64,000 bases of DNA from the NCBI GenBank assembly GCA_035458525.1, contig DATHZQ010000151.1:17104-81103 (forward strand). The letters run 5' to 3'. Within the stretch, counting starts at the first letter, position 1. Each line of letters opens with the position of its first letter. Below the pieces are notes generated by a model. That model was not told the DNA's origin, did not search any database, and saw only the letters and a program-made list of their open reading frames with translations. Shown in pieces: positions 39,391 through 49,896 of the stretch. This stretch comes from Acidimicrobiia bacterium (lineage in GTDB: Bacteria > Actinomycetota > Acidimicrobiia > Spongiisociales > UBA5794). The translations under genes were made by a program, and so were the position numbers.

Positions 39391-40029
39391 CTAGAGCCCC
39401 GAAGACGAACCGCGGCGAGCCAGGAGCCACATAGGGACGTTCAGACCTTCTGGTATGAACTCCTCGACCACGTCGAATCCGAAACGCCGATAGAAGCCGA
39501 CGTTGCGTTCGGTCTCCGTTTCCAAGTAGATCGGCCTGCCGTCACGATCCGCCCTCGCCATCCCGTGCGCCATGAGAACCGATCCCAATCCTTGGCCCTG
39601 AACTTCGGGATCGACTCCCAAGGCAGCCACATACCAGTGAGGCTCGGGCATCAGCGCCTTCCTCCGGGCCCCGATCTGGCGAAGTGAGAACAACATGCGC
39701 TTCCGGTCGCGCCTCGGAAGGCTCATCACCGACCGCGGCAGGGCAAGACCCGACCTCACCATGGCGCATACACCCAAATCTCGTTCTGGTGGATGCCACA
39801 AGGCGACCCCCGTCAGGTCCGAGGTCTTCTCCGCTATCCCCTTTGCAGCGATCGTTGTTCTGACCAAGCCCGAGAACACCCTGGCGAGCAATTCAGGACG
39901 GCGCTCAGGGTCACGGATCGTCGCGACCCACAACGGATCGGTTTGAAACGCTCTGCTGAGCACTGCCCCCGCATCGGCACTCTCTCTCGATTCCAACAAC
40001 GTCACTGCAGTGGACGGCTGGCTCCTCAT
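39391..40029 (-). CDS. GNAT family N-acetyltransferase
   Basis: The product has motif A (VDPEVQGQGLGSVLMAHGM). Confidence 0.7.
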   Translation of the reverse strand: MRSQPSTAVTLLESRESADAGAVLSRAFQTDPLWVATIRDPERRPELLARVFSGLVRTTIAAKGIAEKTSDLTGVALWHPPERDLGVCAMVRSGLALPRSVMSLPRRDRKRMLFSLRQIGARRKALMPEPHWYVAALGVDPEVQGQGLGSVLMAHGMARADRDGRPIYLETETERNVGFYRRFGFDVVEEFIPEGLNVPMWLLARRGSSSGL

Positions 40030-40157
40030 GTCACCATCATCGAGACGGCGCGGGCATTCAGAAGAGGCGAACGTCCCGGCCCGCGGTCAGGGCACGACGT
40101 CGTTCCGCAGTCTCGCTTCGAGTCTGCTCACGGGTTGGCGAAGCCACCTGCGACATC

Positions 40158-41930
40158 TCACGCGACGCCGCGCTCCCACACCTCGACCAGCTCCCGGTAC
40201 CGGTCGCTGGTCTCGACGAGTGCGTCGTGAGAGCCGTCTGCGATGATGCGGCCGGCATCGACCATCACCACGCGATCAGCTCGCTCGGCACTGCGGAGCC
40301 GGTGGGCGATCACGACCGCGGTGCGCTCCGCCAGGAGGACGCGCAGCGCACCCTCGACCTGGACCTCGGTCTCGGGGTCGAGGTTCGACGTGGCCTCATC
40401 GAGCACGACGACGGCCGGATCGGCGAGGAACGCCCTACCCAGCGCCACCAGCTGTCGCTCCCCCGCGGAGAAGCGGCTGCCCCGCTCCCGCACTTCCGTG
40501 TCGAGTCCCTCGGGCAGCGACCGTACCCACTCGTCGATACCCATCGCCCTGCACACGTCCCAAATCGCTTGATCGGGCGCTTCCGGCACGGCGTAGCGGA
40601 AGTTGTCCCGCAGCGTTCCGTCGAACAAGAAGCCGTCCTGCGGAATCAGGGCGATGGCCTCGGCGCGGGACGAGAACGAGAGATCGCGCAGGTCGATGCC
40701 GTCGATCCTGACGGCACCACGGCTGGGGTCGTAGAAGCGCATCAGCAGCTTCGCCACCGTCGATTTCCCTGCGCCGGTCTCACCGACCACGGCCAAGCGC
40801 TGGCCGGGCGGCACGTCCAGCGTGAAGTCTTCCAGGATCAGATCATCGCCGTATCCGAAGCCCACAGCCTCCAGCGCGAGCGCGCCATCAACCGTATCCG
40901 GCAACTCCAGCGCATCGGGGCGCTCCTGCACCTTGGGCGCCACGTCGAGCAACTGGAACAGCTTCGCCAGGGCCGCCAGCGACGCTTGGGCGAGGTTGTA
41001 GACATTGGCGAGGTTGACGATCGGCTCGAAGAACCAGTTCAAGTAGAGCGTGAATGCCACGAGCGACCCGAACGTGAGGTCCCCGGAGATCACCCGGCGA
41101 CCGCCCAGCAGCAGCACAACGCCCAGGCCGACCGTCCGCAAGAAGTTGATGGCGGGGAAATACCAAGAGATCGCCCGGGCGGCCGTCATGTTGGCCTCGA
41201 AGTACGTTTCGTTGATACGGCCGAAGCTGGCGGCCTGCTCCGTCTCCTGCGTGAACGCCTGCACCACTCGTACGCCGGTGATGCCCTCCTGCAGGCTTGC
41301 GAGGACTCGACCGATCGACTCGCGCACCTGCTGGTAGGCGCGAGAGACGTGCCGTTGAAACAGCACGGAGACGAGCACGACGACGCCGATGACGACGAAG
41401 ACGGCAAGCGCCATCTGCAAGTCGAGCAGCAGCATCGCCACGGCGACCCCGATCGTCGTCAGCAGGTTGGTGAGCGCCAGCACCGCCCCCTGGTTGGTGA
41501 ACTCGGTGATCGACTCGATGTCCGACGTCATCCGTGACACGAGCACGCCGGTCTTGGCACCGTCGTAGAACGCCATATCGAGCCTGGTCAGGTGATTGAA
41601 CACACGGGAGCGCAGCTCCAACAGGAACCGCTCGCCCACATTGGCGACGGCGAACTGCGACACACGCTGCGCCCAGTACTGCACCGCCAGCAGGCCGAGG
41701 AAGACGAGCGAGGCAATCGTGATGGCGCGCTTGTCCCCTGCAGCGATCCCCTCGTCGACACCGGATCCAACGACGATCGGTCCGAGCAACCGGGCAACCG
41801 TGGCGATGATCGTGACGAAGAGCGCCCACAGTGCCGCCCGGCGCAGGTGCCGCCCCAGTCGGGCGGCGCGCATGAGCAGCCCCTTGGTGTCGTCGATCTC
41901 GTGGTCCCCGCCGTAGCGCATGTACCTCAC
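40158..41930 (-). CDS. ABC exporter, fused permease/ATPase (heterodimer partner B)
   Basis: The product has a 6-TM domain plus an NBD with GETGAGKST, FSAGERQLVALGRA and VVLDEATSNLD. Confidence 0.88.
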   Translation of the reverse strand: MRYMRYGGDHEIDDTKGLLMRAARLGRHLRRAALWALFVTIIATVARLLGPIVVGSGVDEGIAAGDKRAITIASLVFLGLLAVQYWAQRVSQFAVANVGERFLLELRSRVFNHLTRLDMAFYDGAKTGVLVSRMTSDIESITEFTNQGAVLALTNLLTTIGVAVAMLLLDLQMALAVFVVIGVVVLVSVLFQRHVSRAYQQVRESIGRVLASLQEGITGVRVVQAFTQETEQAASFGRINETYFEANMTAARAISWYFPAINFLRTVGLGVVLLLGGRRVISGDLTFGSLVAFTLYLNWFFEPIVNLANVYNLAQASLAALAKLFQLLDVAPKVQERPDALELPDTVDGALALEAVGFGYGDDLILEDFTLDVPPGQRLAVVGETGAGKSTVAKLLMRFYDPSRGAVRIDGIDLRDLSFSSRAEAIALIPQDGFLFDGTLRDNFRYAVPEAPDQAIWDVCRAMGIDEWVRSLPEGLDTEVRERGSRFSAGERQLVALGRAFLADPAVVVLDEATSNLDPETEVQVEGALRVLLAERTAVVIAHRLRSAERADRVVMVDAGRIIADGSHDALVETSDRYRELVEVWERGVA

Positions 41931-43762
41931 GACGCCGACCCCGGTGTAGCGGGTGCGGCAGCGGTCCCTTCGGCTCGTGCGAGGACTTCGGCGTACCGAG
42001 GAACCGTGCGAAGGAGCTCGGTGTGCGGCCCGACGGCGGCGATGGCGCCTTCATCGAGGAACACAACCTGGTCGACCAGTGCCAGCGTCGACGTACGGTG
42101 CGCCACGATGACGGTGGTTCGCCCGGCCATCACTTGGCGCAGCGCTTCCTGGATCTCCGCCTCGACGATGGCGTCGACCGATGACGTGGCGTCGTCCAGG
42201 ATCAGCACCCGGGGATCGCGCAGCACGGCCCGCGCCAGCGCAACCCGCTGCCGCTGGCCACCGGAAAGGCTGTGGCCGCGTTCCCCGACGACCGTGCCGT
42301 AGCCCTCCGGAAGCGCACAGATGAAATCGTGAGCGCGCGCCAGCCGAGCCGCAGCTCGCACCTGCTCGTCGGTTGCCTCGGGGGCGCCGAGGGCGATGTT
42401 GTCGCGAATCGACGCCGAGAACAGAAATGTCTCTTGAAAGACCACCGCTACCTCGTTGCGGAGCTGGTCGAGCGGCACCTGCCGCACGTCCACGCCGTCG
42501 ACCACGACGCTGCCTTCTGCGGCTTCGAGGAACCGCGGAATGAGATAGGCCAGCGTCGACTTGCCGGCACCGGTCGAGCCGACCAGTGCCACGGAGGTGC
42601 CGCCGGGAATGCGAAGGTCCAACCCGGACAGCACCTCTTCACCGTCCGGGTAGCCGAAACGGACTCCCGTCAGCTCGATCTCACCGGGGCCCGGCGTCAG
42701 CCGGATGGGATGCTGTGGATCTGCAGGATCGGGCTCGGTCCCCAGCAACTCACGCACCCGGGTGGCCGCAGCCGCTGCCCGTGGGAGATTGGCGAAGAAC
42801 CACCCGGTGATGCGGGTCGGCAAGATCATCACCGCGAGGTATTGGGTGAAGGCCACGAACTCACCGAGCGTGATGGCACCGTCCACGACGCGGAAACCGC
42901 CCAGCCAGAGCACGACCACGGTCCCCGCCGAAGGGATCAGCTCGAAGAGTGGGCCGTACACGGATGAGATCTTTGCCAGGCGAAGGGTGCGGTCGTAGAT
43001 CCGGTCTGCAGTTGCATCGAGGCGAGCCTGCTCCTGCCGCTCCTGGCCGTACGCCTTGACGACCTGGATACCGGCCACGGCCTCCTCCACGACTTGGCTG
43101 AGGTCGGCGAGGCGCTCCTGAATCTCGAACGACAGCCCGATCGACCGTTTGGCGTACGCCGTGGCCGACAGGAAGAGCGCCGGAATCGTGAGCGCCGACG
43201 CAGCCCCGAGCACGGGATCGATCAGTACGAGCACTGCGATCACCACGACGAACATCGCCATGTTGGCGAGCGTGATCGGCAACATGGCGAAGATCAGTCG
43301 CACCTGGCCCAGGTCCGACGAGGCCCGAGACATGAGCTGGCCGGTTGGAGTCTCATCGTGGAAGCTGAACCCGAGCTTCTGCATGTGGACGAACATGCGG
43401 TTACGCAGATCGGCCTCCGCCCGATACGAGAGCCGGAAGCCGTAATAGCGACGCAACCCGACCCCGAGTGCTTGGAACAGGCCGGCCGTCATCAGCAGCG
43501 CAACGAGCGGTACCAGCAGATCCAGGTCGTTGGCTCGGATCGCATCGTCGATGATGCGGGCGACGACGTAGGGGATGGCGACGACGAGCGCCATCCACAG
43601 CAACGCACCGAGAATCGAACGTACCGAGTCGGCCCGGTACTGGAGCAGCGTCTTGCCCAACAGCCCGAGCCCGGACCGCACCTCGGGGCTGCGAAGTCCG
43701 GTCGGGTCGGGAGGGGCCATTCGCTGAGGGTAGGCCCGGAGCCGATGGGCCCTGCGCGGCAA
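41927..43762 (-). CDS. ABC exporter, fused permease/ATPase (heterodimer partner A)
   Basis: The product has a TM domain plus an NBD with GSTGAGKST, LSGGQRQRVALARA and LILDDATSSVD. It overlaps its partner by 4 bp. Confidence 0.88.
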   Translation of the reverse strand: MPRRAHRLRAYPQRMAPPDPTGLRSPEVRSGLGLLGKTLLQYRADSVRSILGALLWMALVVAIPYVVARIIDDAIRANDLDLLVPLVALLMTAGLFQALGVGLRRYYGFRLSYRAEADLRNRMFVHMQKLGFSFHDETPTGQLMSRASSDLGQVRLIFAMLPITLANMAMFVVVIAVLVLIDPVLGAASALTIPALFLSATAYAKRSIGLSFEIQERLADLSQVVEEAVAGIQVVKAYGQERQEQARLDATADRIYDRTLRLAKISSVYGPLFELIPSAGTVVVLWLGGFRVVDGAITLGEFVAFTQYLAVMILPTRITGWFFANLPRAAAAATRVRELLGTEPDPADPQHPIRLTPGPGEIELTGVRFGYPDGEEVLSGLDLRIPGGTSVALVGSTGAGKSTLAYLIPRFLEAAEGSVVVDGVDVRQVPLDQLRNEVAVVFQETFLFSASIRDNIALGAPEATDEQVRAAARLARAHDFICALPEGYGTVVGERGHSLSGGQRQRVALARAVLRDPRVLILDDATSSVDAIVEAEIQEALRQVMAGRTTVIVAHRTSTLALVDQVVFLDEGAIAAVGPHTELLRTVPRYAEVLARAEGTAAAPATPGSAS

Positions 43763-43784
43763 AGGTCCCTCGCATGATCACGTC

Positions 43785-45341
43785 ATGCCCGTACACTCCA
43801 CGGCTCTCATGCGCCGCGCTGCCCAAACGCTCGCCGTCCTCGCCTTGGTCCTCACGATATCGGCGTGTGCGCTCGGCGAGTCAGAAGACGGGGCGGGTAC
43901 CGCCGCGCCGGAGATTGCGGCCGCCGGAGCGCCGGCAACCACCGTGGTGGAGGCGCCGGTCACCTCCACCACGTCGAGCACTACGACCACCACCTCCACG
44001 ACGACAACGACACTGCCACCGGTGATCGGTGCCCCCCATGGCACAGTGACCGGGCTGACGATGTTCCGCGGCAACCCGAGCCGGACCTACTACGGGGAGG
44101 GCACCATCCCGACCGACCTCGAAGTGCTGTGGCGGTTCCCCGATTCCCCGATGTGCGGGCTGTCTGCGGTAGGCGGAGAACAGAAGCAATGGTGCGGCAG
44201 CGGATGGACCGGGCAACCAGTCGTGTGGGAGCGACCCGATGGGATCACGGAGGTGATCTTCGGGGCCTACGACAAACAGATTCACTTCCTCGACGCGACC
44301 ACGGGCGAGCGAACCCGCCCCGACTTTCCGATGGGCGACATCATCAAGGGCTCGGTCACACTCGATCCCGACGGATTCCCGCTGTTGTACAGCGGTTCGC
44401 GGGACCCCAACTTCAAGGTCATCGCCCTCGACCGCGACACACCCACCCTTCTGTGGAGCCTGGCCGCATCGGACGTGCCCGGGATGTGGAACAACGACTG
44501 GGACTCCAACCCGGCCATCGTCGACGGGATCCTCTACCAAGGTGGCGAGAACAGTTGGTGGTATGCGATCGAGCTCAAACGCGACTACGGCGCCGACGGG
44601 CTCGTCACCGTCGATCCCGGGATCGTGTTCGACATGCCGGCCTTCAACGACGCGTCGCTGGCAGCCGTCGGGAGGCAGCAGAGCGTTGAGAACTCGACGG
44701 CCGTCTTCCAGGACCGGGCCTACTTCGCCAACTCGGCGGGCCGGGTCGTCGGCGTCGACATCGGAGCGCTCCCGGATGGTGAAGCCCAGATCGTGTTCGA
44801 CTATTGGGTGGGCGACGACGTCGACGCCTCAATCGTCATCGACGAGGCGGGCGACCTGTACGTGTCCGCCGAGATCGACCACGCCACGTCCCGCGGTGCC
44901 GAGATCGGCCAGCTCGTGAAGCTCGACCCGGACCGGCCCGAGGATCCGGTGGTGTGGGGCGTGCCCGTACCCTCCCGCGATGGTCTCGACGGAGGGATCT
45001 GGGCAACCCCGGCGTTGGTCGACGACGTGCTCTACGTTCCCACCAACCCGGGCGACTTGTTGGCCGTGGATACCGCAACCGGTGCGGTGTTGTGGACCGG
45101 CGACATCGGTGGCCATGCGTGGTCCTCGCCGGTGCACATCGGCGGCCGGCTGCTCGTCGCCGTGAACTGCGACACCAATCCGGCGCTGCGGGTGTACGAC
45201 GTCGCAAACCCACGGAATCCTGCCATCCTCTCCGAGGTGACTTTCGCCGGCGGGTGCATCGAATCCACTCCTGCGGCGTGGCAGGGCCAGGTGTTCGTGG
45301 GCTCACGAGACGGCTTCTTCTACGCCTTGGGAGAGCGCTGA
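43785..45341 (+). CDS. Secreted lipoprotein with PQQ-like beta-propeller repeats (BamB-like fold)
   Basis: The product has a lipoprotein signal (LVLTISAC), a Thr/Ser-rich linker and repeated W/G propeller blades. Confidence 0.6.
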   Translation: MPVHSTALMRRAAQTLAVLALVLTISACALGESEDGAGTAAPEIAAAGAPATTVVEAPVTSTTSSTTTTTSTTTTTLPPVIGAPHGTVTGLTMFRGNPSRTYYGEGTIPTDLEVLWRFPDSPMCGLSAVGGEQKQWCGSGWTGQPVVWERPDGITEVIFGAYDKQIHFLDATTGERTRPDFPMGDIIKGSVTLDPDGFPLLYSGSRDPNFKVIALDRDTPTLLWSLAASDVPGMWNNDWDSNPAIVDGILYQGGENSWWYAIELKRDYGADGLVTVDPGIVFDMPAFNDASLAAVGRQQSVENSTAVFQDRAYFANSAGRVVGVDIGALPDGEAQIVFDYWVGDDVDASIVIDEAGDLYVSAEIDHATSRGAEIGQLVKLDPDRPEDPVVWGVPVPSRDGLDGGIWATPALVDDVLYVPTNPGDLLAVDTATGAVLWTGDIGGHAWSSPVHIGGRLLVAVNCDTNPALRVYDVANPRNPAILSEVTFAGGCIESTPAAWQGQVFVGSRDGFFYALGER

Positions 45342-46279
45342 TGCGCGATCTCGTCGTCAAGGCCGGCGTGGCGCTGGGGATCCTCGCCTTGGTCGGGACC
45401 GTTGCCGGGACGGTCGGAGAGGCGTGGTGGATCTTCGACCTGGCATCCAACTTCCGGCTCCAGTATTTCATCGCCGCCGGGATCGCCGCCATCGTGACGT
45501 TCGCGGCGCGTCTCCCCTTGCTCGGCATCGCGTTCGGCGTGGTGTCGCTTTTCAATGCGGCGCTCGTCGCGCCCTTGTACGCCAGCGAGCCGCCACCGGT
45601 GGCCGGCGATGCTCGCATGGAGATCGCCAGCTCCAACATGCAGACGCACAACTCCCGCCAGCAGATCAACTGGCTGACCTCAACCGAGCCCGACCTCATC
45701 TTCCTGTTCGAGTCGTCGCGGCAGGCCGAGGATCTCATCCGAGAAGCAGACCTGGGCTACGAGGTCACCAGCGGCATCGACCCCGACGACGCGTTCGGAT
45801 TGTCCATTCTCAGCAAGGACCCGTTCGAGTTCGAGGTATTGCCTTCCTCACGAGACGGCGGCGACGCGGTCCGGCTGGAGGCCCGGCTCGGCAACGAGAC
45901 CATCGTCGTCTATGCCATCCATCCGCCCAGCCCGAGCAATCCGGTCCGATCCGAATCTCGCGACAAGCTGTTGGAGCGGATCGGCCGGGCTGCGGCCGAA
46001 GAAACGCTTCCCGTAGTCGTCGTCGGAGACTTCAACGCAACGCCGTGGTCGGCAGGATTCCGCAAGTTGGTCGAGCCGGCGGACCTCGCCAACTCCCAGG
46101 ACGGGTTCGGCTTTGGCGCTACCTGGCATGCGAACTGGCCGGCCTTCGCCGGCGTTCCCCTCGACCACCTGGTGCACAGCCGTGATCTGACCACGGTCAA
46201 CCGGGAGGTTGGACCATCGGCGGGACCGGACCATCGACCGATTCGCGTGGAGTTGGGGTTCGCCGAGATTGACGCCTGA
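45341..46279 (+). CDS. Endonuclease/exonuclease/phosphatase (EEP) family protein with N-terminal membrane anchor
   Basis: The ATG at 45341 overlaps the preceding stop (TGATG). The product has 3 N-terminal TM helices, then an EEP fold (VVVGDFNATPWS, GPDHRPI). Confidence 0.65.
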   Translation: MRDLVVKAGVALGILALVGTVAGTVGEAWWIFDLASNFRLQYFIAAGIAAIVTFAARLPLLGIAFGVVSLFNAALVAPLYASEPPPVAGDARMEIASSNMQTHNSRQQINWLTSTEPDLIFLFESSRQAEDLIREADLGYEVTSGIDPDDAFGLSILSKDPFEFEVLPSSRDGGDAVRLEARLGNETIVVYAIHPPSPSNPVRSESRDKLLERIGRAAAEETLPVVVVGDFNATPWSAGFRKLVEPADLANSQDGFGFGATWHANWPAFAGVPLDHLVHSRDLTTVNREVGPSAGPDHRPIRVELGFAEIDA

Positions 46280-46358
46280 CCGGCGTTCTTCCGGTTCTCA
46301 GGATTCTCTTAAGTGTGGTTTACGAGTGTTTTACACCCGGTTCGGCATGCTGCGCCGT

Positions 46359-46565
46359 ATGAGTGATACAACCACATTGGTTGGGCGGAAGCTGACCGGG
46401 AAGCGCCGTCGTCCCAAGGCGGTCGACGGAATGCGCATTTGCGCCGACTCGGAATGCACGACCCAGCTGTCTCGTTACAACCGCAAGGGAACCTGCCATC
46501 TCCACAGTCCCGTCAAGTTCCCCAGGGTGCGAGGCCGGGAAGCCCCAGCTCCAGCCGAAGCCTGA
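46359..46565 (+). CDS. Small Cys/His-containing protein (possible zinc-ribbon), unknown function
   Basis: The 68-aa product reads MSDTTTLVGRKLTGKRRRPKAVDGMRICADSECTTQLSRYNRKGTCHLH. It is preceded by an AT-richer stretch containing TGGTTTAC/TGTTTTAC repeats. Confidence 0.35.
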   Translation: MSDTTTLVGRKLTGKRRRPKAVDGMRICADSECTTQLSRYNRKGTCHLHSPVKFPRVRGREAPAPAEA

Positions 46566-46590
46566 GCCGAGAGACCGGAGAACGAACGCC

Positions 46591-47895
46591 ATGCAGCCAA
46601 GCGACTACGACTCGACGACGCCCCAGCGTTTGGCTGCGACGGGAAGCCGGGAACCGGGTTGGGCCCGGCTGCCGGAAGAGCCTCCGCACCACGGAGGACT
46701 CGACGTGCCCGTCCCCACGACCAGGGTGCGGCCGATAGCGCCTCCCATGTCGGCTGCACCCTCACAGCCCTCCCCCCGCGCCGGCGGCGGCTGGTGGCAA
46801 CTGCTGCTCGCAGCCGTTCTCGGTGGCGGGCTCGCCCTCGCCGGCTTCCTTCTCCTGGACTCCGACACGACGACCCCTCCTGCTGCTGAGGCAGCCGCAC
46901 CGGCCGTCGCCGGTGCCGAGCCAGCCCCCGCGGTCCAGGCTCCGGCCGAGGTACCGGCGCCACGCGTCGAGATCGAGAGCACCGACGCCGTCGCCATCGG
47001 CACCAAGGTGATTCCCTCGATCGTCACCGTCGAAGTCGGCGCCGGAACCGGAACCAACCTCGACCTCTCCGGTTCGGGCTCCGGTGTGATTCTCGACACC
47101 GCCGGCCACATCGTGACCAACGACCACGTGGTCGCCGCCGGCGCCAGCTACCAAGTGGTGCTGTCCGATGGACGGACGACGTACGAGGCAGAGCTGATCG
47201 GAACCGATCCCCTCACCGACCTCGCCGTCCTGAAGATCGACGCACCGAACCTCACGCCGGTCGAACTGGGTGCCACCGAGTCGCTCAACGTCGGCGACAC
47301 GGCCGTCGCCGTCGGCAGCCCGCTCGGACTGGACGGCGGACCGTCGCTCACCGTCGGTGTCGTGTCGGCTTTCGGCCGCCAGGTCCAGGTGTCGGCCAAC
47401 GACACGCTCTACGGCATGCTCCAGACCGACGCACCCATCACGCAGGGCTCGAGTGGTGGTGCGCTAGTCGACGGACTCGGGCGACTCATCGGTATCACGA
47501 CGGCAGTCGGCGTGAGCGACGTTGGCGTGGAGGGCATCGGCTTCGCCACGCCGGTCGAGCTGATGCGCCGTGTCACCGACGAGCTGATCACCGCTGGCGA
47601 GATCAACCACGCATTCCTCGGCATCCTGGGAGCCACCAGCTTCTCGACCACTGCCGACGGCGCCCGGGTCGCAGCGGGCGTCGAGGTGGCATCGGTGGAG
47701 GAGGCAACAGGCGCCATGACGGGAGGGCTCGTGTCCGGCGATCTCATCACAGCCATCGACGGCGAGCCCGTCACCACCATGGACGATCTCGTGCTCGCGC
47801 TTCGCTACCGAACGGCCGGCGACGGCATCACGATCACCGTCTCCGACGGCGACCTCACCCGCGACCTCGACATCACTCTCGGCGAGCGTCCTTGA
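46591..47895 (+). CDS. HtrA/DegP family serine protease (S1C) with TM anchor and PDZ domain
   Basis: The product has a TM helix (WWQLLLAAVLGGGLALAGFLLL), a protease core (ILDTAGHIVTNDHV, GSSGGALVD) and a C-terminal PDZ domain. Confidence 0.88.
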   Translation: MQPSDYDSTTPQRLAATGSREPGWARLPEEPPHHGGLDVPVPTTRVRPIAPPMSAAPSQPSPRAGGGWWQLLLAAVLGGGLALAGFLLLDSDTTTPPAAEAAAPAVAGAEPAPAVQAPAEVPAPRVEIESTDAVAIGTKVIPSIVTVEVGAGTGTNLDLSGSGSGVILDTAGHIVTNDHVVAAGASYQVVLSDGRTTYEAELIGTDPLTDLAVLKIDAPNLTPVELGATESLNVGDTAVAVGSPLGLDGGPSLTVGVVSAFGRQVQVSANDTLYGMLQTDAPITQGSSGGALVDGLGRLIGITTAVGVSDVGVEGIGFATPVELMRRVTDELITAGEINHAFLGILGATSFSTTADGARVAAGVEVASVEEATGAMTGGLVSGDLITAIDGEPVTTMDDLVLALRYRTAGDGITITVSDGDLTRDLDITLGERP

Positions 47896-47952
47896 CGGGA
47901 GCGGCCGCGGGCCGCAGACCGAAGCGGGTTCAGCGCCCGGTACGCTGGCCGG

Positions 47953-49896
47953 ATGCTCAACGACTACACCACCATCACCGCCGACGCGGTTACAAACCTC
48001 ACTGAGGAGGCACTCGCCGTCGCCGACGGGCTGGTCGAGGCGGCGACCACCGCCGAACCGACCTACGCCGGGGTGATGGGCCGCCTCGACGAGGTCGCCG
48101 ATGTCACCAGTCGCGCCTACGGGCACGGTGCGTTCATGGCGCGAGTGCACCCCGACGCCGACGTGCGTGCGGCAGGCCTCGAGGCGGAAGAACGGCTCAC
48201 CAAGTGGGGCAACGATCTCGTGTTCCGACGCGACTTGTTCGAGGCCGTGTCGCAACTGGCAGCGACCGAAGAAGCGCAGTCGCTCGAGGGGACGCAGCGC
48301 CGACTCCTCGAATTCACCTTGCGCGACTTCCGGCGTGCGGGTCACCAGCTGGATGAGGTCGCACGCAAGGAGCTGCAGCGATTGCGAACCCGGCTCGTCG
48401 AGCTGGAGGTCGAGTTCGGACGCAATCTCGACGAGTTCGAGGACGGCATGGACCTCACCCGAGAGCAGCTGGCCGGGTTGTCCGACGAGTACGTGGCCCG
48501 CCTCAAGCCTGCGCACGACGGCCGGTATCGCGTATCGATGGAGTACCCGGATTACATCCCGTTCATCCAGATGGCGGAGGACCGCGATCTTCGCCGCCAG
48601 ATGCAGTTCAAGTTCTGGAACCGCGCTGCGCTCAAGAACAAGCCGCTGCTGGAAGAAGCCGTCGAGATCCGACGCAACATCGCCGACCTGCTCGAGGAGC
48701 CCACCTGGGCTCATCATGCGATGGAAGTCAAGATGGCCGGCGCTCCCGAGCGGGTCGAGGAGTTCTACGAATCACTCGTTCCGGGCCTCACAGTCATGGC
48801 CTCCGCCGAGTTGGAGGTCATGGCCGAGCTCGCCGCCGACGAGTTCGACGGACCCATCGCCTCATGGGACACGAACTACCTCGACACGCAGCTTCGACGG
48901 CGCGATTTCGGCATCGACCCCGACGAGGTCGCCGCCTACTTCCCACTGGAGCGAGTCGTCGAGGGCATGTTCGACCTCACCGGCGCGGTCTTCGGGATCG
49001 ACTACGAGCGGATCGAGAACACCGCAGCGTGGCATCCGGATGTGCATCTCTACGCGCTGCGGAATCGCGGCCAGGACGACGTCATCGCCTACTTCTATGC
49101 GGATCTGTTCCCGCGCGAGGGCAAATACGGCCACGCCGCTGCCTTCCCCATCGTCTACGGCAGAACGCTCGAAGGGGACGGCTACCAGACCCCGGCAGCT
49201 GCCATCGTCGCCAACTTCACGAAACCGACCGCAGACAGCCCATCATTGCTCAAGCACGACGAGGCGCTGACGCTGTTCCACGAGTTCGGCCACATCCTTC
49301 ACTTCTGTCTGACCACCGTCGAGGAGGTTCGGTTCTCGGGCTTTGACACCGAGTGGGACTTCGTCGAGGCGCCTTCGCAGATCATGGAGAACTGGATGTG
49401 GGAGCCTGACGTGTTGCAGAGGTTCGCCAGGCATCACCGGACCGACGAGGCGATCCCGGCCGACTTGGTCACCAGACTGGTGGCGGCACGCGATCTCAAC
49501 GAGGGCCTCTTCACCATGCGTCAGGTCTTTCTCGGCAAGCTCGACCTCGGGATGCACGCCACCGCCAATCCTGTCGATCTCGATGAGGTGTACCGATCGG
49601 CCTACGAGTACACCCTGCTCCCCTTCCACGACGGCACGTTCTTCCCAGCGAGCTTCGGCCACCTGATGGGCGGCTACGACGCCGGCTACTACGGCTACCT
49701 GTGGGCACGGGTCTACGGCGACGACATGTTCTCGGTCTTCGCCAACGAGGGCATCACCAGCCCGGCCGTGGGGAACCGTTACCGAAACGAGGTGCTGGCC
49801 ACCGGCGGCTCCCGGGATGCAATGGACCACCTGCGTGCGTTCCTCGGCCGCGAGCCGAGCAGCGACGCGTTCCTGGAGAAGCTCGGGCTGGACTAG
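47953..49896 (+). CDS. M3 family metallo-oligopeptidase (Dcp/oligopeptidase A-like)
   Basis: The 647-aa product has a HEFGHILH zinc motif and downstream E. Confidence 0.88.
   Translation: MLNDYTTITADAVTNLTEEALAVADGLVEAATTAEPTYAGVMGRLDEVADVTSRAYGHGAFMARVHPDADVRAAGLEAEERLTKWGNDLVFRRDLFEAVSQLAATEEAQSLEGTQRRLLEFTLRDFRRAGHQLDEVARKELQRLRTRLVELEVEFGRNLDEFEDGMDLTREQLAGLSDEYVARLKPAHDGRYRVSMEYPDYIPFIQMAEDRDLRRQMQFKFWNRAALKNKPLLEEAVEIRRNIADLLEEPTWAHHAMEVKMAGAPERVEEFYESLVPGLTVMASAELEVMAELAADEFDGPIASWDTNYLDTQLRRRDFGIDPDEVAAYFPLERVVEGMFDLTGAVFGIDYERIENTAAWHPDVHLYALRNRGQDDVIAYFYADLFPREGKYGHAAAFPIVYGRTLEGDGYQTPAAAIVANFTKPTADSPSLLKHDEALTLFHEFGHILHFCLTTVEEVRFSGFDTEWDFVEAPSQIMENWMWEPDVLQRFARHHRTDEAIPADLVTRLVAARDLNEGLFTMRQVFLGKLDLGMHATANPVDLDEVYRSAYEYTLLPFHDGTFFPASFGHLMGGYDAGYYGYLWARVYGDDMFSVFANEGITSPAVGNRYRNEVLATGGSRDAMDHLRAFLGREPSSDAFLEKLGLD

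Noticed and set aside
47464-48717. A 417-aa minus-strand ORF
   Set aside because: It is antisense to the M3 peptidase and htrA 3' end and has no homology signal.
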